From Macrostomum hystrix (Eukaryota; Animalia; Platyhelminthes), in NCBI GenBank assembly GCA_950097015.1, contig CATNEN010000024.1, forward strand, positions 3,658,001 to 3,722,000: a DNA stretch of 64,000 bases. Reading direction: 5' to 3'. Shown here one piece after another: positions 1 through 25,325 of this stretch. Positions within the stretch are counted from its first letter, which is position 1, and each line of letters opens with the position of its first letter. The position numbers were made by a program, and so were the translations under genes. The notes under the pieces were generated by a model, which was not told where the DNA came from, searched no databases, and saw only the letters and a program-made list of their open reading frames with translations.

Positions 1-1650
1 CTTTCAACTTTTTCAACGCTCTGGCGCATTACCTCTAGCTTGCCAGCAAAGTCTTTTGGGAACCAATCCGGACCGCGCTCAGGAACCGTTTCGCAGCAGC
101 CAAGAAGTTCCTAGACAAAAAAAATACAAGTGGCGCTAGTTTAAGTAGCTTCTGTTTTTGCCACGGGAGGGATATTAGACTGACAGGAACATTGAGAGAA
201 ATAGAGACAGAAATGACAGAAATAGAGAGGGATATCAGAACTGACAGGAACAGTGAGGGATATCAGAACTGACAGGAACAGTGAGGGATATCAGAACTGA
301 CAGGAACATTGAGGGATATCAGAACTGACAGGAATAGAGAGGGATATCAGAACTGACAGGAATAGAGAGGGATATCAGAACTGACAGGAACAGTGAGGGA
401 TATCAGAACTGACAGGAACAGTGAGGGATATCAGAACTGACAGGAACAGTGAGGGATATCAGAACTGACAGGAACATTGAGGGATATCAGAACTGACAGG
501 AATAGAGAGGGATATCAGAACTGACAAGAACAGTGAGGGATATCAGAACTGACAGGAACATTGAGGGATATCAGAACTGACAGAAATAGAGAGGGATATC
601 AAAACTGACAGGAATAGAGAGGGATATCAGAACTGATAGGAATGGGGAGGGATATCAGAACTGATAGGAACAGTGAGGGATATCAGAACTGACAGGAACA
701 GTGAGGGATATCAGAACTGACAGGAACAGTGGGGATATCAGAACTGATAGGAACGGGGAGGGATATCAGAGCTGACAGGAGCGAATAAATTGTGTGAAAA
801 AGTATTATTTTTACCTGTAGAAATGCCAGCACTTTCTCCGGTGTATCCATGTCAGACTTGGCGCCGGCATTAAGCGCCAAGCGCATTAATTCGCCGCTCA
901 AATCGCACACGCCAAGTAGATAATCGAACGGCGACACCAGCAGGTTGGACGGCAGGCGGGTGCGCAGATTGGCTAGACTCAGCAGGCGTCCACTGGACAG
1001 GAACTCCTGGAATGTCATGGCTTCAATGAGCTCCTGCAGGCCCAGACAATAAGCCCGCCTGTACTCCCATTTGTCCTGACCGGCCAACTCGGTGCTGATT
1101 GGCCGCAGCTTGGCAGCAATGAGCTTCTCCAAGCGCTGCGAGGCTTCAGCCAGCACGTCCGAGCGTTCAGCTTCGGTGGCTCCGGCAACGCGGTGCAGTG
1201 TGAAGATCACGCGCTTACTCTCCGTTGTGATGTCGCGAGATAGCTTCACTATGCGCTCTCGCCTGTCCTGCTTGGCATCTAGGCGTTCTTTAAACACCTT
1301 TAGAGAGTAGAATTTTGAAAATAATGTGCACGTGCATGCCAACTAAGCACAATATTGGGTCTACAATAGCCTTTAATGATACTTTTATAACTATCCTTTA
1401 TAAAGGGTCTTCGACTTCGACAGTAATCGCTGAATATCTCGTGAAGTAGGCAGCGGGTATTTGAACTACCCCGTGGTCTCTTCCCAGGGGGGTAATAGTG
1501 TGGTCTTTCTACCGTTAAAGGAATAAAAAAATAATTATTACTCGTGCATTAATTTACCTGAAACAGGGCTTCAACATTGTCAGAGCTGTCTTGAAGACGT
1601 GGCTGTTTATAGCTGTCAGAGGATAATTCTGTGCTGGTCACAGCTGTCAT
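1..1650 (-). CDS. TSNAX: Translin-associated factor X (TRAX), 3' end beyond the window
   Basis: Minus-strand exons 1558-1650 (MTAVTSTE...VEALFQ|GTAAAT), 815-1297 (VFKERLDAKQDRRERIVKLSRDITTESKRVIF...GLQELIEAMTF...DYLLGVCDLSGELMR...FLQ|GTAAAA) and <1-110 (ELLGCCE...KLEVMRQSVEKVE). All junctions are phase-0 GT-AG. Motifs match the translin/TRAX family. The first exon is also open back to an acceptor at 1692, so the start codon is uncertain. Confidence 0.9.
166..780. repeat. 28-bp minisatellite in a TRAX intron
   Basis: About 20 tandem units of GAGGGATATCAGAACTGACAGGAACAGT inside intron 111-814. Confidence 0.95.
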
Positions 1651-2087
1651 TTCAAATGGTCGCTTACTCGTTTTTGTTGTCTGTTTTAGCTCCTGAAAAA
1701 TGAATAATTATACAAATTTTTAATATACTCTTTATCATCTGCAATACATCATGTATTTGATTTCCTATAACGAAATCAGTTCTCTAAAATAGCTAAAAAC
1801 TGGAGTGTACATAATGATACCTCATTATTTAGCTACACCTGTCCTAATCAGAGGTGCATCCAACAGAACAGCTGCTGTTATTTCATGGCACATTTGAACG
1901 CTGCATCTGGCTTTTTAGTCGATGAACTGGGGGCGAAAACACACCCACACTTAATTACCCCAGCTAAAGTTGGTTGAGACCATTTAACAGATGGGTAAAC
2001 TGATATAATGTGTATCATTACATAATGACATATATATAATATCATATCACATATCATTATATGACATATAGTCATACGAGCTATAAT

Positions 2088-2410
2088 GACTTCACCAGGC
2101 CACCAGCAATTGTCCCTGAACCACTTGAAGATATTGGCCCACCACTGCCACCCGGCTTTACCAAGCCACAGGCCATTGTCCCTGAACCACTTAAAGACAT
2201 CGCCCCACCACTGCGACCTGACTTTACCAAGCCACAGGCCATTGTCCCTAAACCACTTGAAGACATTGCCCTGCCACTGCCACCTGACTTCACCAGGCCA
2301 CTGGCCATTGTCCCTGAACTGCTTGAAGACATCAGCCTGCCACTGCCACTTGACTTTGCTGGGCCACCAGCTGTCATCCCCACACTGCCGGGAGCTGACT
2401 TTGCTGGCCA
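2088..2410 (+). repeat. 66-bp tandem repeat encoding 22-aa Pro-rich units (ORF 2061-2435)
   Basis: Units start at 2088, 2154 and 2220 and continue, 4-5 copies. Translation DFTRPPAIVPEPLEDIGPPLPP and variants. Confidence 0.8.
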
Positions 2411-2810
2411 CTGCAGCACACCTACCAAGTGCTAAAAAGAAGCTCTGAGTATAACCAGGCAGTGCTAGCCACTTCACATTTGTTGTTTGCTAGCAGGAGA
2501 CTCGGACAAGCAAAGGTTTTATGTTTGTCTGTCATGTCTGTTTAAAGCTGTTTCTCAAGTTCTTAAGTCACTACTTTTATGTAGCATGATAGCTACACAA
2601 CTATATATATATATATGAAAGAATAGCTAGCATTATAGCAAACCTTCTCTTAGAAAGTAGAGAATGAAAAAACAAATACCTATATTAACCATAGCCAATT
2701 AAAAAGGAGTATATGGGGTGACTGCCTCTCATCTTAGGCAGTTCAATTATAGAGAACACCATTTGTAAGTTGTGACACTTACTAAGTAACTTTCATGCAC
2801 TTTATAATAT

Positions 2811-4190
2811 GGCAGAGCTTATTCCCATGGTCCTGTGCCGATAATTTCAATTTTATCCACACAGATACGTGCCGATAATTTTCTGCTTATCCACATGGCA
2901 GCTTGTATGAATAGGTCTAAAACTCTTTATATATGCCGTGCCGTTAATTTCAATTTAATCCACACGGTTCTGTTCTTTGAAACAGAAACTTTGAAACCCT
3001 TTTGGGTTTGAACATTTTGCTGAACCCTCGAGCCAATAGATCGACAAAGTTGCCAGTGTGTTACAATAGTGTTCTACATTTTGACCTACACATTCATTAA
3101 CCAACATTAATGTCATCCTTTTTAATTTTTGTAATAACAACTTACTAAATCTTTTGTCATCATTACACGTTTTCATTCAAATTGTATTGACTTAGAAAGT
3201 AAGAAGTAAATCAAAGAAAATCATACGAGACAACCAGCAGAATTCTAGTCAGCACCAAACTTGTCACACATATTATACATCATTGTAATTATTTTGGCAG
3301 AGCTAATTCCCACGGTCCCGTGCCGATAATTTCAATTTTATCCACACGGATCCATGCCAATAATTTTCTGCTTATCCACACAGCAGCTTGTATGAATAGG
3401 TCTACAACTCTTTATATATGCCTGGCCATTAACTTCAATTTTATCTACACAGTTCTGTTCTTTGAAACAAGGCCCTTTCAGGTTTGAAAGTTTTGTTGAA
3501 CCCTTGAGCCAATAGTTGCCAGTGTGTTATGACAGTGTTCTACATTTCGACCTACACATTCATTAACCGACATTAATGTCATCCTTTTTAATTATTTTAA
3601 TAACAACTCACTAAATCTTTTGTCATTGTTATGTGTTTTTATTCGAATTGAATTGACTTAAAAAGTAAGAAGTCTATCAAAGAAAATCATACGAGTCAAC
3701 CAGCAGAATTCTAGTTAGCACCAAACTCGTCACACATATTATACATCATTGTTATTCTTTTACACTATACATTGATAGTGTACACTATACACTATACTCT
3801 GAAGCAAAAGCCGAATGCTCAGAGAAGAATAGGTAGGGACTTGAAAGTAGACCTATTCATACAAGCTGCCATGTGGATAAGCAGAAAATTATCGGCATGG
3901 ATCCGTGTGGATAAAATTGAAATTATCGGCATGGATCCGTGTGGATGAAATTGAAATTATCGGCATGGGACCGTGGGAATAAGCACTTCCTATTATTTTA
4001 CACTTTGCATTGCTAGTGTACACTATTCACTATACTCTGGAGCAAAAGCCTTATGCTCAGAGAAGAATAGGTAGGGACTTGAAAGTAGACCTATTCATAC
4101 AAGCTGACATGTGGATAATCAGAAAATTATGGGCATGGATCCGTGTGGATAAAATTGAAATTATTGGCAAGGGACTGTGGGAATAAGCAC
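2811..4190. repeat. Composite direct plus inverted (foldback-like) repeat
   Basis: Direct copies A (~2811-3295) and B (~3296-3750), then direct copies C (~3760-3990) and D (~3997-4190). The ends of C and D (3848-3984, 4086-4188) are the reverse complement of the first ~110 bp of A and B. Confidence 0.85.
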
Positions 4191-4315
4191 TTCCTTATAA
4201 TTATAATATATTATAATTATCTTCAAAAAATTATAGTCATAGTTGATTTTTATCCAATTTTATCACTTTTTTGTGTAGTGAAAGCTAAAGATAAGCCTTA
4301 GGCCTAGTATTTATT

Positions 4316-5352
4316 GGATCCTAGACACTTCGTCATCTTACAACTTTGTCATCTTACAACTTGGTCATCCACTTGGAAGGTAGGACACTTTGTCATCCAG
4401 CCAATTGGCATGCTTTAAAGTTTGGTCAGTTCGTCATCTTTTAATAACAAGCAATCAAGTTCGTCATCAATAAAGTGAGGGTGGGGACGTGGGGACGGGG
4501 TGGTGGGGCAGAGCTGTGAACACACTTCACACTCTAAATTATCAAAAAGAGTTGTCAAAACTGATTTCATTATGAGGCAGACCCATGAAATATTCCCATA
4601 AAACCTAAAGTTGAATTTACGCCACATTGACCAATATTATTTTGCAAACAATTTCAGTTGTTTAAATGCCCTTACCAACCCCCACCCAAAATACTATATA
4701 TCATGCAATTTTTGCCTAAAAAGACTTGACATTTTTGTCCCGAAATACAAAAGAGGAGACTAGGGAAATAGATCTTAGGAAGAGAGAACTGAGTGAAATA
4801 AATTGGAGTTGTTCTTGTGTTAATTATTGCTTTAGAATAATATAAGAAAAACATTTTGAATAGGGAAGGTTAGATATATAATAATAATATTCATGTTGAA
4901 TTAGACAACTTTAATCCATTGGATGCTCAATAGGGTTGGTTAAAATCAGTGCAGTATTATAAGGTGTCTTGCCGCTTGGACACAAAATTGCTATCATAGG
5001 TAGATAATAATATTGTTCTGAGTTAGATAGCTATAGAATAACCATATTATATAGTGAAGGCAGAGATAAATAATAGTAAGAATAGCTAAATTTATAATAA
5101 GTACAGTTTTTGCAGATAGGAAATAAAAGTAAAGAAAGAGGGCCTATGACAATTATAAGTGTTAAAAGATAGGTGCCAACACGATGTGAGGAGGGGTGGG
5201 GAGGGGTGGTTCTGTTCTAACTTTGAAAACTTTTGTTTTATAGATGACGAAGTGTCCACAAGTCTAAGTCTCTTTGTCATCCACCCTCTAAGATATTGGA
5301 CAGATCATCATCTGGATGACGAAGTTGTAAGATGACGAAGTGTCCAGGTACC
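4316..5352. mobile_element. Non-autonomous TIR DNA transposon (MITE-like), superfamily uncertain
   Basis: Left end GGATCCTAGACACTTCGTCATCTTACAACTTTGTCATC matches the reverse complement of the right end, GGTACCTGGACACTTCGTCATCTTACAACTTCGTCATC. Flanks TATTTATT and TAATTATT match at 7/8 and may be an 8-bp TSD. CTTCGTCATC subrepeats inside. No transposase ORF. Confidence 0.75.
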
Positions 5353-6123
5353 TAATTATTCTAGCCATTGCAGAATACAAATAATGCTAACATCCATTGT
5401 TGTTTAATCTGACATTTAGCTTCAAATGTGGGTGGCCAGGGTGGCCCTCAATACTTAAATAGGCAGCAATAATTTTAAAAAGTACAAAAATCAGTTCTTT
5501 CTTAACAATAGGCCCTACTTGTGCGACACACCTCCAAGATGTAAAACAAAAGTTACTAAGGCCAGCTTCTTAAGTTAAACCTATTGTAATCAAATTAAAA
5601 AAACGATTACAACCTTTTTAACTAGGCATTCTGAAGCTATAATCATGGGTATCGATAGTTCATGTGGTTCATTAGTACGAACCACAAGATGTGGCTAAAT
5701 AAAGTAGCGCGCGCAGGCGGCTACACTGCCACAGCGACTACTTACTTAAGCACACAATTGCACGCTAGAGGCACAAGCAGAAATGTATGTTTCCTATAAA
5801 AACGCGTTTCGGATTTTCAAATATACAAACTATAATGTTTAATAACAAATCGTTTGTCAATTAACTTTAGGACTCGCTATAGTGGCGCTTTTGTTGAAAT
5901 TTTTTAAGTAGCTTTTGTCTTTAAGATTTGATATATATTTTTTTTATTTAGACGAGCGTATTAAGTTTATAATTATTCAACTTCATTAAAAAGTTGTTCA
6001 AGCTTCACTGACCGGTCTGATTCACCTGATACCGTCGATAAGCCTTCAAAAGGTGTATTTTTAGACGACCTGAATACAATTACTTTTACTGTCTAAATAA
6101 TTACATCTACAGAGTTTTTGAAA

Positions 6124-18979
<12,856 letters not shown>

Positions 18980-19366
18980 ATTAATGCAGCAGACATTTTT
19001 ATACCCCTTTGCTCTCTCTCTGTCAGTTGTTTAGTAGATTAAAATTTAAATCAATAAATTAACCGGTTTTTTAAGTCTCGTGACCTATGTGTTGTTTCTG
19101 TGCGTGCAAACCTATTCCATCTATTTGTTCTGTTGTTACTTTATCTATGTTGCCTATATACCTATATATACAGGTGTAATAACTCGATAAATCATATTGC
19201 ATTGCTGTAATCGCAAAGGCGAAAAATACAATGCGAATTCAACTGTGTATGGATGCGAAATCGAACTCGCGACCTATTTGCTACGCCAATTTTGTTTATG
19301 TACATTGTATAACTAGCGTTATTGAGGTCCTCAGGAACCCTCTAACTGTTTCTAGTACTTAACTTG

Positions 19367-19920
19367 ATTTGACAGCTTCTAGCACCTGTCCTGGTCCCCT
19401 CATTTGACAGCTTCTAGCACCTGTCCTGGTCCCCTCATTTGACAGCTTCTAGCACCTGTCCTGGTCCCCTCATTTGACAGCTTCTAGCACCTGTCCTGGT
19501 CCCCTCATTTGACAGCTTCTAGCACCTGTCCTGGTCCCCTCATTTGACAGCTTCTAGCACCTGTCCTGGTCCCCTCATTTAACAGTTTCTAGCACCTGTC
19601 CTTGTTACCCGTATTTGACAGCTTCTACTCGCTACTCGTAGCACCTGTCCTGGTCCTCTCATTCGACAGCTTCTAGCACCTGTCCTTGTTCCCCTTATTT
19701 GACAGCTTCTAGCACCTGTCCTGGTCCCCTCATTTGACAGCTGGTATTTGACAGCTTCTAGCACCTGTCCTGGTCCTCTCATTCGACAGCTTCTAGCACC
19801 TGTCCTTGTTCCCTTATTTGACAGTTTCTCGCACCTGTCCTGGTCCCCTCATTTGACAGTTTCTAGCACCTGTCCTGGTCCCCTCATTTGACAGTGTCTA
19901 GCACCTGTCCTGGTCCCATA
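19367..19920. repeat. 35-bp minisatellite downstream of DHX15
   Basis: Tandem TTTGACAGCTTCTAGCACCTGTCCTGGTCCCCTCA units. Confidence 0.92.
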
Positions 19921-20604
19921 TTCAATCATTATCAAGAGGCTCTATCCTTGTCCCTCGAAAGTGGAGAGAGCCTCGTCAGTTTCCAAGGCTTTACTAATTG
20001 AAAATTTCAAGGCGTGGCTGTTTAACGTCAGCTCGTGTTGCAATTGTTGCGTTTTTAACATATTAATATTGTTAGCCTATGTTCACATTCTGTCATAGTT
20101 CTATGCAGACTGGCGTTTAGAATTCTGCTAAAATTAATATCAAAATATAAAGGCACACCCTTTTCGAGCTGATTATGCAGCACCCAAATTTAACAACCTG
20201 CTTGCAACTAAATTAAAATATGCCAGCAAAAATAGATTTATAACATTATGCCCTCCTACCTGATCAACCGACTGTCACGCATTTTAAGCACATTTAGAAA
20301 CCAGCAAAATGTTTTTTTTCGTTTGACGACGAAACAATTTAAATAAGAAGTGATTGTGTAATGCGACGCGACTAATCCAACCACAGATGCTGTGTGAGTT
20401 ATATTGCAATCAGTCTCTTTGTTTTTGCTTTTACTTAATTTATAATTCAATGTAAAAAGTCAAACCTCACATCCAATGATCTCTTTCAGATCTCTTTATC
20501 TGGCCAGATGTGCAGCTGTTGCCCGGCGCATCTGAAAGTTGCTGTTCAGTCCATGGACTGGGGGCACCCCACACCCACCCTCAATTACCCCAGCCTAATG
20601 CCAT

Positions 20605-20688
20605 CTTCCGGAATCACAAAACATCGGAATCTTCGAGATATTCAACGATTCTTGTCGGGGTGTTTGGTGGCAAAAACCATTAAAAATC
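20605..20688 (+). repeat. Dispersed repeat fragment, second copy at ~31017-31099 (-)
   Basis: CTTCCGGAATCACAAAACAT...GATATTCAACGATTCTTGT.GGGGTGT..GGTGGCAAAAACCA recurs in reverse orientation in vax intron 1. Confidence 0.75.
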
Positions 20689-21269
20689 ATATTTTTTCTG
20701 CTTACAAAGTCGTGAGTTCGATGTTCTGGCTAATACGAACTAGGCTTCAACTCAGATGAGAATGTCAACTCAACAGAATTGCCACCGAAATAATGCGTCT
20801 GAGGACATAGTCCTGCGTGTTGTTTATTATTTTATATTTTTGTTTCCTCTGTAAGCCTAAAATATAGCGGCCTTTTCCGAGATTTCGTTTCGGTTGGTTG
20901 AACAGAGGTTTCTATATTTATATAAAAAGGGGATTTTAAATTAATTAGTTCCAGTTTGGCATCCACTCTGATTCTCGGCAGCTTTGAAATACAAATGCGC
21001 GCTATGATTGCTTTGGTTAAAAATAGATTTTCAAATTTGTTTGAATTTGTTATATCTCGTGAACTTGTTTTTTTCAGACAGATCTTTTTTGCAGTCACCA
21101 TCGAATTCGGAAAGTATTGGGAGTTTGATTATTTCTGAAAAAACGAGTAATCGTAACCGGCCAATAGGGATTTCGAAAATAAAGTTCTTTGGAGATTTAG
21201 GTTTGGATCTCGACATTGAAGGATTTCGACGATTCTGGATTTCAACAATTCTAAATTTCGAAAGTCTAG

Positions 21270-21945
21270 ATTTTGACAATTCAGGATTTCGAAAATTTCA
21301 AATTTTAACTATTTTACATTTCGACAATTCAGGATTTCGTCAATTTAGGATTTCGTCAATTCGGGATTTCGTCAATTTAGGATTTCGACAATTTAGGATA
21401 TCGTCAATTCAGGATTTCGTCAATTAGGATTTCGACAATTTAGGATATCGTCAATTCAGGATTTCGTCAATTTAGGATTTCGACAATTCAGGATTTCGTC
21501 GATTCGGGATTTCGTCAATTTAGGATTTCGTCAATTTAGGATTTCGTCAATTTAGGATTTCGACAATTCAGGATTTCGACAATTCAGGATTTCGTCGATT
21601 CGGGATTTCGTCAAATTAGGATTTCGACAATTCAGGATTTCGTCAAATTAGGATTTCGTCAATTCAGGATTTCGTCAATTCAGGATTTCGTCAATTCAGG
21701 ATTTCGTCAATTTTAGGATTTCGTCAATTCAGGATTTCGTCAATTCGGGATTTCGTCAATTTGGGATTTCGTCAATTCAGGATTTCGTCAATTCGGGATT
21801 TCGTCAATTTAGGATTTCAACAATTAGGATTTCGACAATTCAGGATTTCGTCAATTCAGGATTTCGTCAATTTAGGATTTCGTCAATTCAGGATTTCGTC
21901 AATTTAGGATTTCGTCAATTTAGGATTTCGACAATTCAGGATTTG
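21270..21945. repeat. 16-bp minisatellite
   Basis: About 40 units of AATTCAGGATTTCGTC with variants. Confidence 0.92.
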
Positions 21946-21999
21946 TTGAATTTCAACTAGAATGATCTCATGATGTTTTATAGTTTTACCTTTCTTTTA

Positions 22000-22419
22000 C
22001 CCGCTAAAAAATAGGGATGTTTCTTTGGGTGATTCCAGTTGGAATCTGCGGTGTTTCCAGAAAAAGAAACAGCCGAACGGTGGAAACATACCAATCGGAT
22101 GATTCCATGCTTAGAATCTACCCAACTGGGCGTTTTCTCGGTGCTTCTTGGTGACGAAATAGAATCACCCAAAGAATCCTCCAGTTCGGAAGATTCCATG
22201 CTCAGAAACCGCCGAGGAATCGCCAGAAAATAATTCTCTGGTTGTCCCATGGGCCACTGGTTCGGGTGATTCTTCGGCGGTTTCCGCACAATTTACGGTT
22301 ACATCAGCTGCTTCCTGGGTGGTTTCTTTAACTCTTGCGAGATAGGGGGGATTTTGGTAGATTCCACTCCTATTTTGTACAAAAAACCCGCCGAAGAAGC
22401 AGCCGAATTTTTTACAGGG
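22000..22419. mobile_element. 420-bp MITE with CCC...GGG ends and TA TSD
   Basis: Left TA|CCCGCTAAAAAAT, right ATTTTTTACAGGG|TA. Internal subrepeats TTCTTCGGCGG / TTCTTTGGGTGA. Confidence 0.6.
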
Positions 22420-23024
22420 TAATTACGGTTGACTGCTTTTCACTGACCTTAATTAGTTGTTTATTTTAGAGAACTCAAAGTCCCCTCTGATTTGACAAGT
22501 TTTCTAGCTAGGCATTGACATTTGAACTGACAAAATCAAAAGAGAAAATATTGGATTTTACATTCCGCGATGGGGGCTACTATTTTTAGACTGCTCTGGC
22601 TTGACACCCGCGAGATATCGAGTGACTCGTTTCGTTCGCACCTAATGAAGCTGGGCCGCGTGAGAATTCTTGAGCACACACTGAGGAGATCTAACTATGT
22701 CTCGCGGGAGTTTTCGGGACACAGCTATAACCACCCACGCAGTGTCAGCAAGTATAGTCGAGGTTCTGTTGAGTTTCAAGCCTGTGAGAATAGTGCTAAT
22801 AGTACTCGCACAGATCTGAGCTGGGCGCAGTTCTAATTGACTGCGAAAAAATAACGATTGGCTGACTCTGAGAGCTACCAACTGTAAATCAATCAAAGTC
22901 ACCTACAACCATTGCGGTGATATATCAAGCCTCCCTACAGGAGCAGTGAGTTCGCTTCTCGCGTTCTCTTTAAATCTGCGCCTAATTAATATTAGAGATT
23001 CGAGTCGCTTAGCAACCGGTTACT

Positions 23025-24297
23025 ATGCGGGCTCCGTTGATCTTTCTGGCCAGCTGTGCTCTCCTGCTGATTGCTGCGCACCTGTGCAGCGCAGCGCCTG
23101 AAACTGTTGACAGCGACAAGATTAGCGCTGAGAGGCGGTCGGCTTTCAGCTTTCGTAAGTTATTGTTACTCCCCTGGTCCTTTATCTAGTACACACTCTT
23201 GATTTCAGCTCGATATTTTTTACACTTTTTGGCCACTAGGAATTTCTCCTGATCCTCTAGCCAATTTTCTTTGGTCTTGCAGACAGAAGCATGGGTCCTC
23301 TACACACTCCCTTGGTTATCTTAGCACTCTTCTGGTCCTCTAGACATTCCCCTGGTCCTCTAGACACTCCCTTTGTTATCTAGACACTCCCTTGGTTATC
23401 TAGACACTCCCTTTGTTATCTATAGGCACCCCTTGGTTATCTAGGCACTCCTTGGTTATCTAGACACTCCCTTGGTTATCTAGGCACCCCTTGGTTATCT
23501 AGACACTCCCTTGGTTATCTAGGCACCCCTTGGTTATCTAGGCACCACTTGGTTATCTAGGCACCCCTTGGTTATCTAGACACTCCCTTTGTTATCTAGA
23601 CACTCCCTTTGTTATCTAGGCACCCCTTGGTTATCTAGACACCCTTTGTTATCTAGAGTCCTAGACACTCCCTTTGTTATCTAGGCACCCCTTGGTTATC
23701 TAGACACTCCCTTTGTTATCTAGACACTCCCTTTGTTATCTAGGCACCCCTTGGTTATCTAGACACCCTTTGTTATCTAGAGTCCTAGACACTCCCTTTG
23801 TTATCTAGGCACCCCTTGGTTATCTAGGCACCCCTTGGTTATCTAGGCACCCCTTTGTTATCTAGGCACCCCTTGGTTATCTAGGCACCCCTTGGTTATC
23901 TAGGCACCCCTTGGTTATCTAGACACTCCCTTGGTTATCTAGACACTCCCTTGGTTATCTAGGCACCCCTTGGTTATCTAGGCACTCCCTTGGTTATCTA
24001 GACACTCCCTTGGTCCTTTAGACACTCCGTTGGTCCTCTAGACACTCCCTTGGTCCTCTGGTCCTCTAGATCCCTAGTCACCTTACATTTTCGCTTCTAT
24101 TATAATTCGTAAAAGTTTAACAGCAAAAATGCAGCTACATTCCACTCGCTAAAATTCGTAACCCTGCAGACAAGTACTACGAGCCGCTGATGCTCTATTG
24201 CACCCGGCACTGCCGCAAACAGCGCGGCAGTGGCTGCTACGGCTTCTATAAGCACGGCTGGCACGGCTCTAAGTGTGTGTGCCTGTGTCCCAATTGA
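23025..24297 (+). CDS. Two-exon secreted Cys-rich cationic prepropeptide (defensin/mytilin-like antimicrobial peptide candidate), 85 aa
   Basis: Exon 1 23025-23154 (MRAPLIFLASCALLLIAAHLCSAAPETVDSDKISAERRSAFSF, donor C|GTAAGT). Exon 2 24170-24297 (acceptor CTGCAG|, HKYYEPLMLYCTRHCRKQRGSGCYGFYKHGWHGSKCVCLCPN*). Phase 1 on both sides. AATAAA at 24348-24353. Confidence 0.82.
23270..24070. repeat. 20-21-bp minisatellite filling the intron of the Cys-rich peptide gene
   Basis: Tandem CTAGACACTCCCTTGGTTAT units. Confidence 0.92.
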
Positions 24298-24679
24298 GTG
24301 TTTGAGTCCATTCTGAAGGCTGATCGAATCACTTATTATAGTAAAACAATAAACTTTCGGGACTGCAAACATTTTTTCAAATTGGCGCGCTGCTGCTATG
24401 GTCACCTGTCTGCATAATTTACTTCGACAGTGCAATCCATACAAACTGGCCGATGAGATAAATAAAACCTATGGACCTCTATTATGTACACCTATAAATG
24501 TGTCAGGTTTTAATCATTTTCAATCAATTATTTATTTGCAGTGGCTATCATTTAGGGTGCCTAACCTCTAGAGGACACAAATCTAGGCAGAGATCAGAAG
24601 ACAGAGCGCAGAAATAAGGCTTGTGGGCTTGTCGTGTAAGTCAGGGCAGATGTACATACGTGTGTAGGTGTGTGCATGT

Positions 24680-25325
24680 GTTCAGTGTCTACTCCATCCT
24701 TCAGTGTCTACTCTATCCTTCAGTGTCTACTCCATCCTTCAGTGTCTACTCTATCCTTCAGTGTCTACTCCATGCTTCAGTGTCTACTCTATCCTTCAGT
24801 ATCTACTCTCCTTCAGTGTCTACTCCATCCTTCAGTGTTTGTCTACTCCATCCTTCAGTGTCTGTCTACTCCATCCTTCAGTGTCTACTCCATCCTTCAG
24901 TGTCTACTCCATCCTTCAGTGTCTACTCCATAATTCATCAGTGTCTACTTAATCCTTCAGTGTCTACTCCATCCTTCAGTGTTTGTCTACTCCATCCTTC
25001 AGTGTCTGTCTACTCCATCCTTCAGTGTCTACTTCATCCTTCAGTGTCTACTCCATCCTTCAGTGTCTACTCCATCCTTCAGTGTCTACTCCATCCTTCA
25101 GTGTCTACTCCATCCTTCAGTGTTTGTCTACTCCATCCTTCAGTGTCTGTCTACTCCATCCTTCAGTGTCTACTTAATCCTTCAGTGTCTACTCCATCCT
25201 TCAGTGTTTGTCTACTCCATCCTTCAGTGTCTGTCTACTCCATCCTTCAGTGTCTGTCTACTCCATCATTCATCAGTGTCTACTCCATCTTTCAGTGTCT
25301 ACTCCATCCTTCATTGTCTACTTTA
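24680..25325. repeat. 19-bp minisatellite (with +4-bp variants)
   Basis: Tandem TCTACTCCATCCTTCAGTG units. Confidence 0.92.

Noticed and set aside
2853-4152. Eight perfect TTATCCACA (DnaA-box) matches suggesting a bacterial origin
   Set aside because: All lie within copies of one subrepeat of the foldback structure, in a spliced eukaryotic context with no bacterial genes. Repeat multiplication of one 9-mer explains them.
24100-24444. 114-aa minus-strand ORF
   Set aside because: It is the antisense shadow of exon 2 of the Cys-rich peptide gene.
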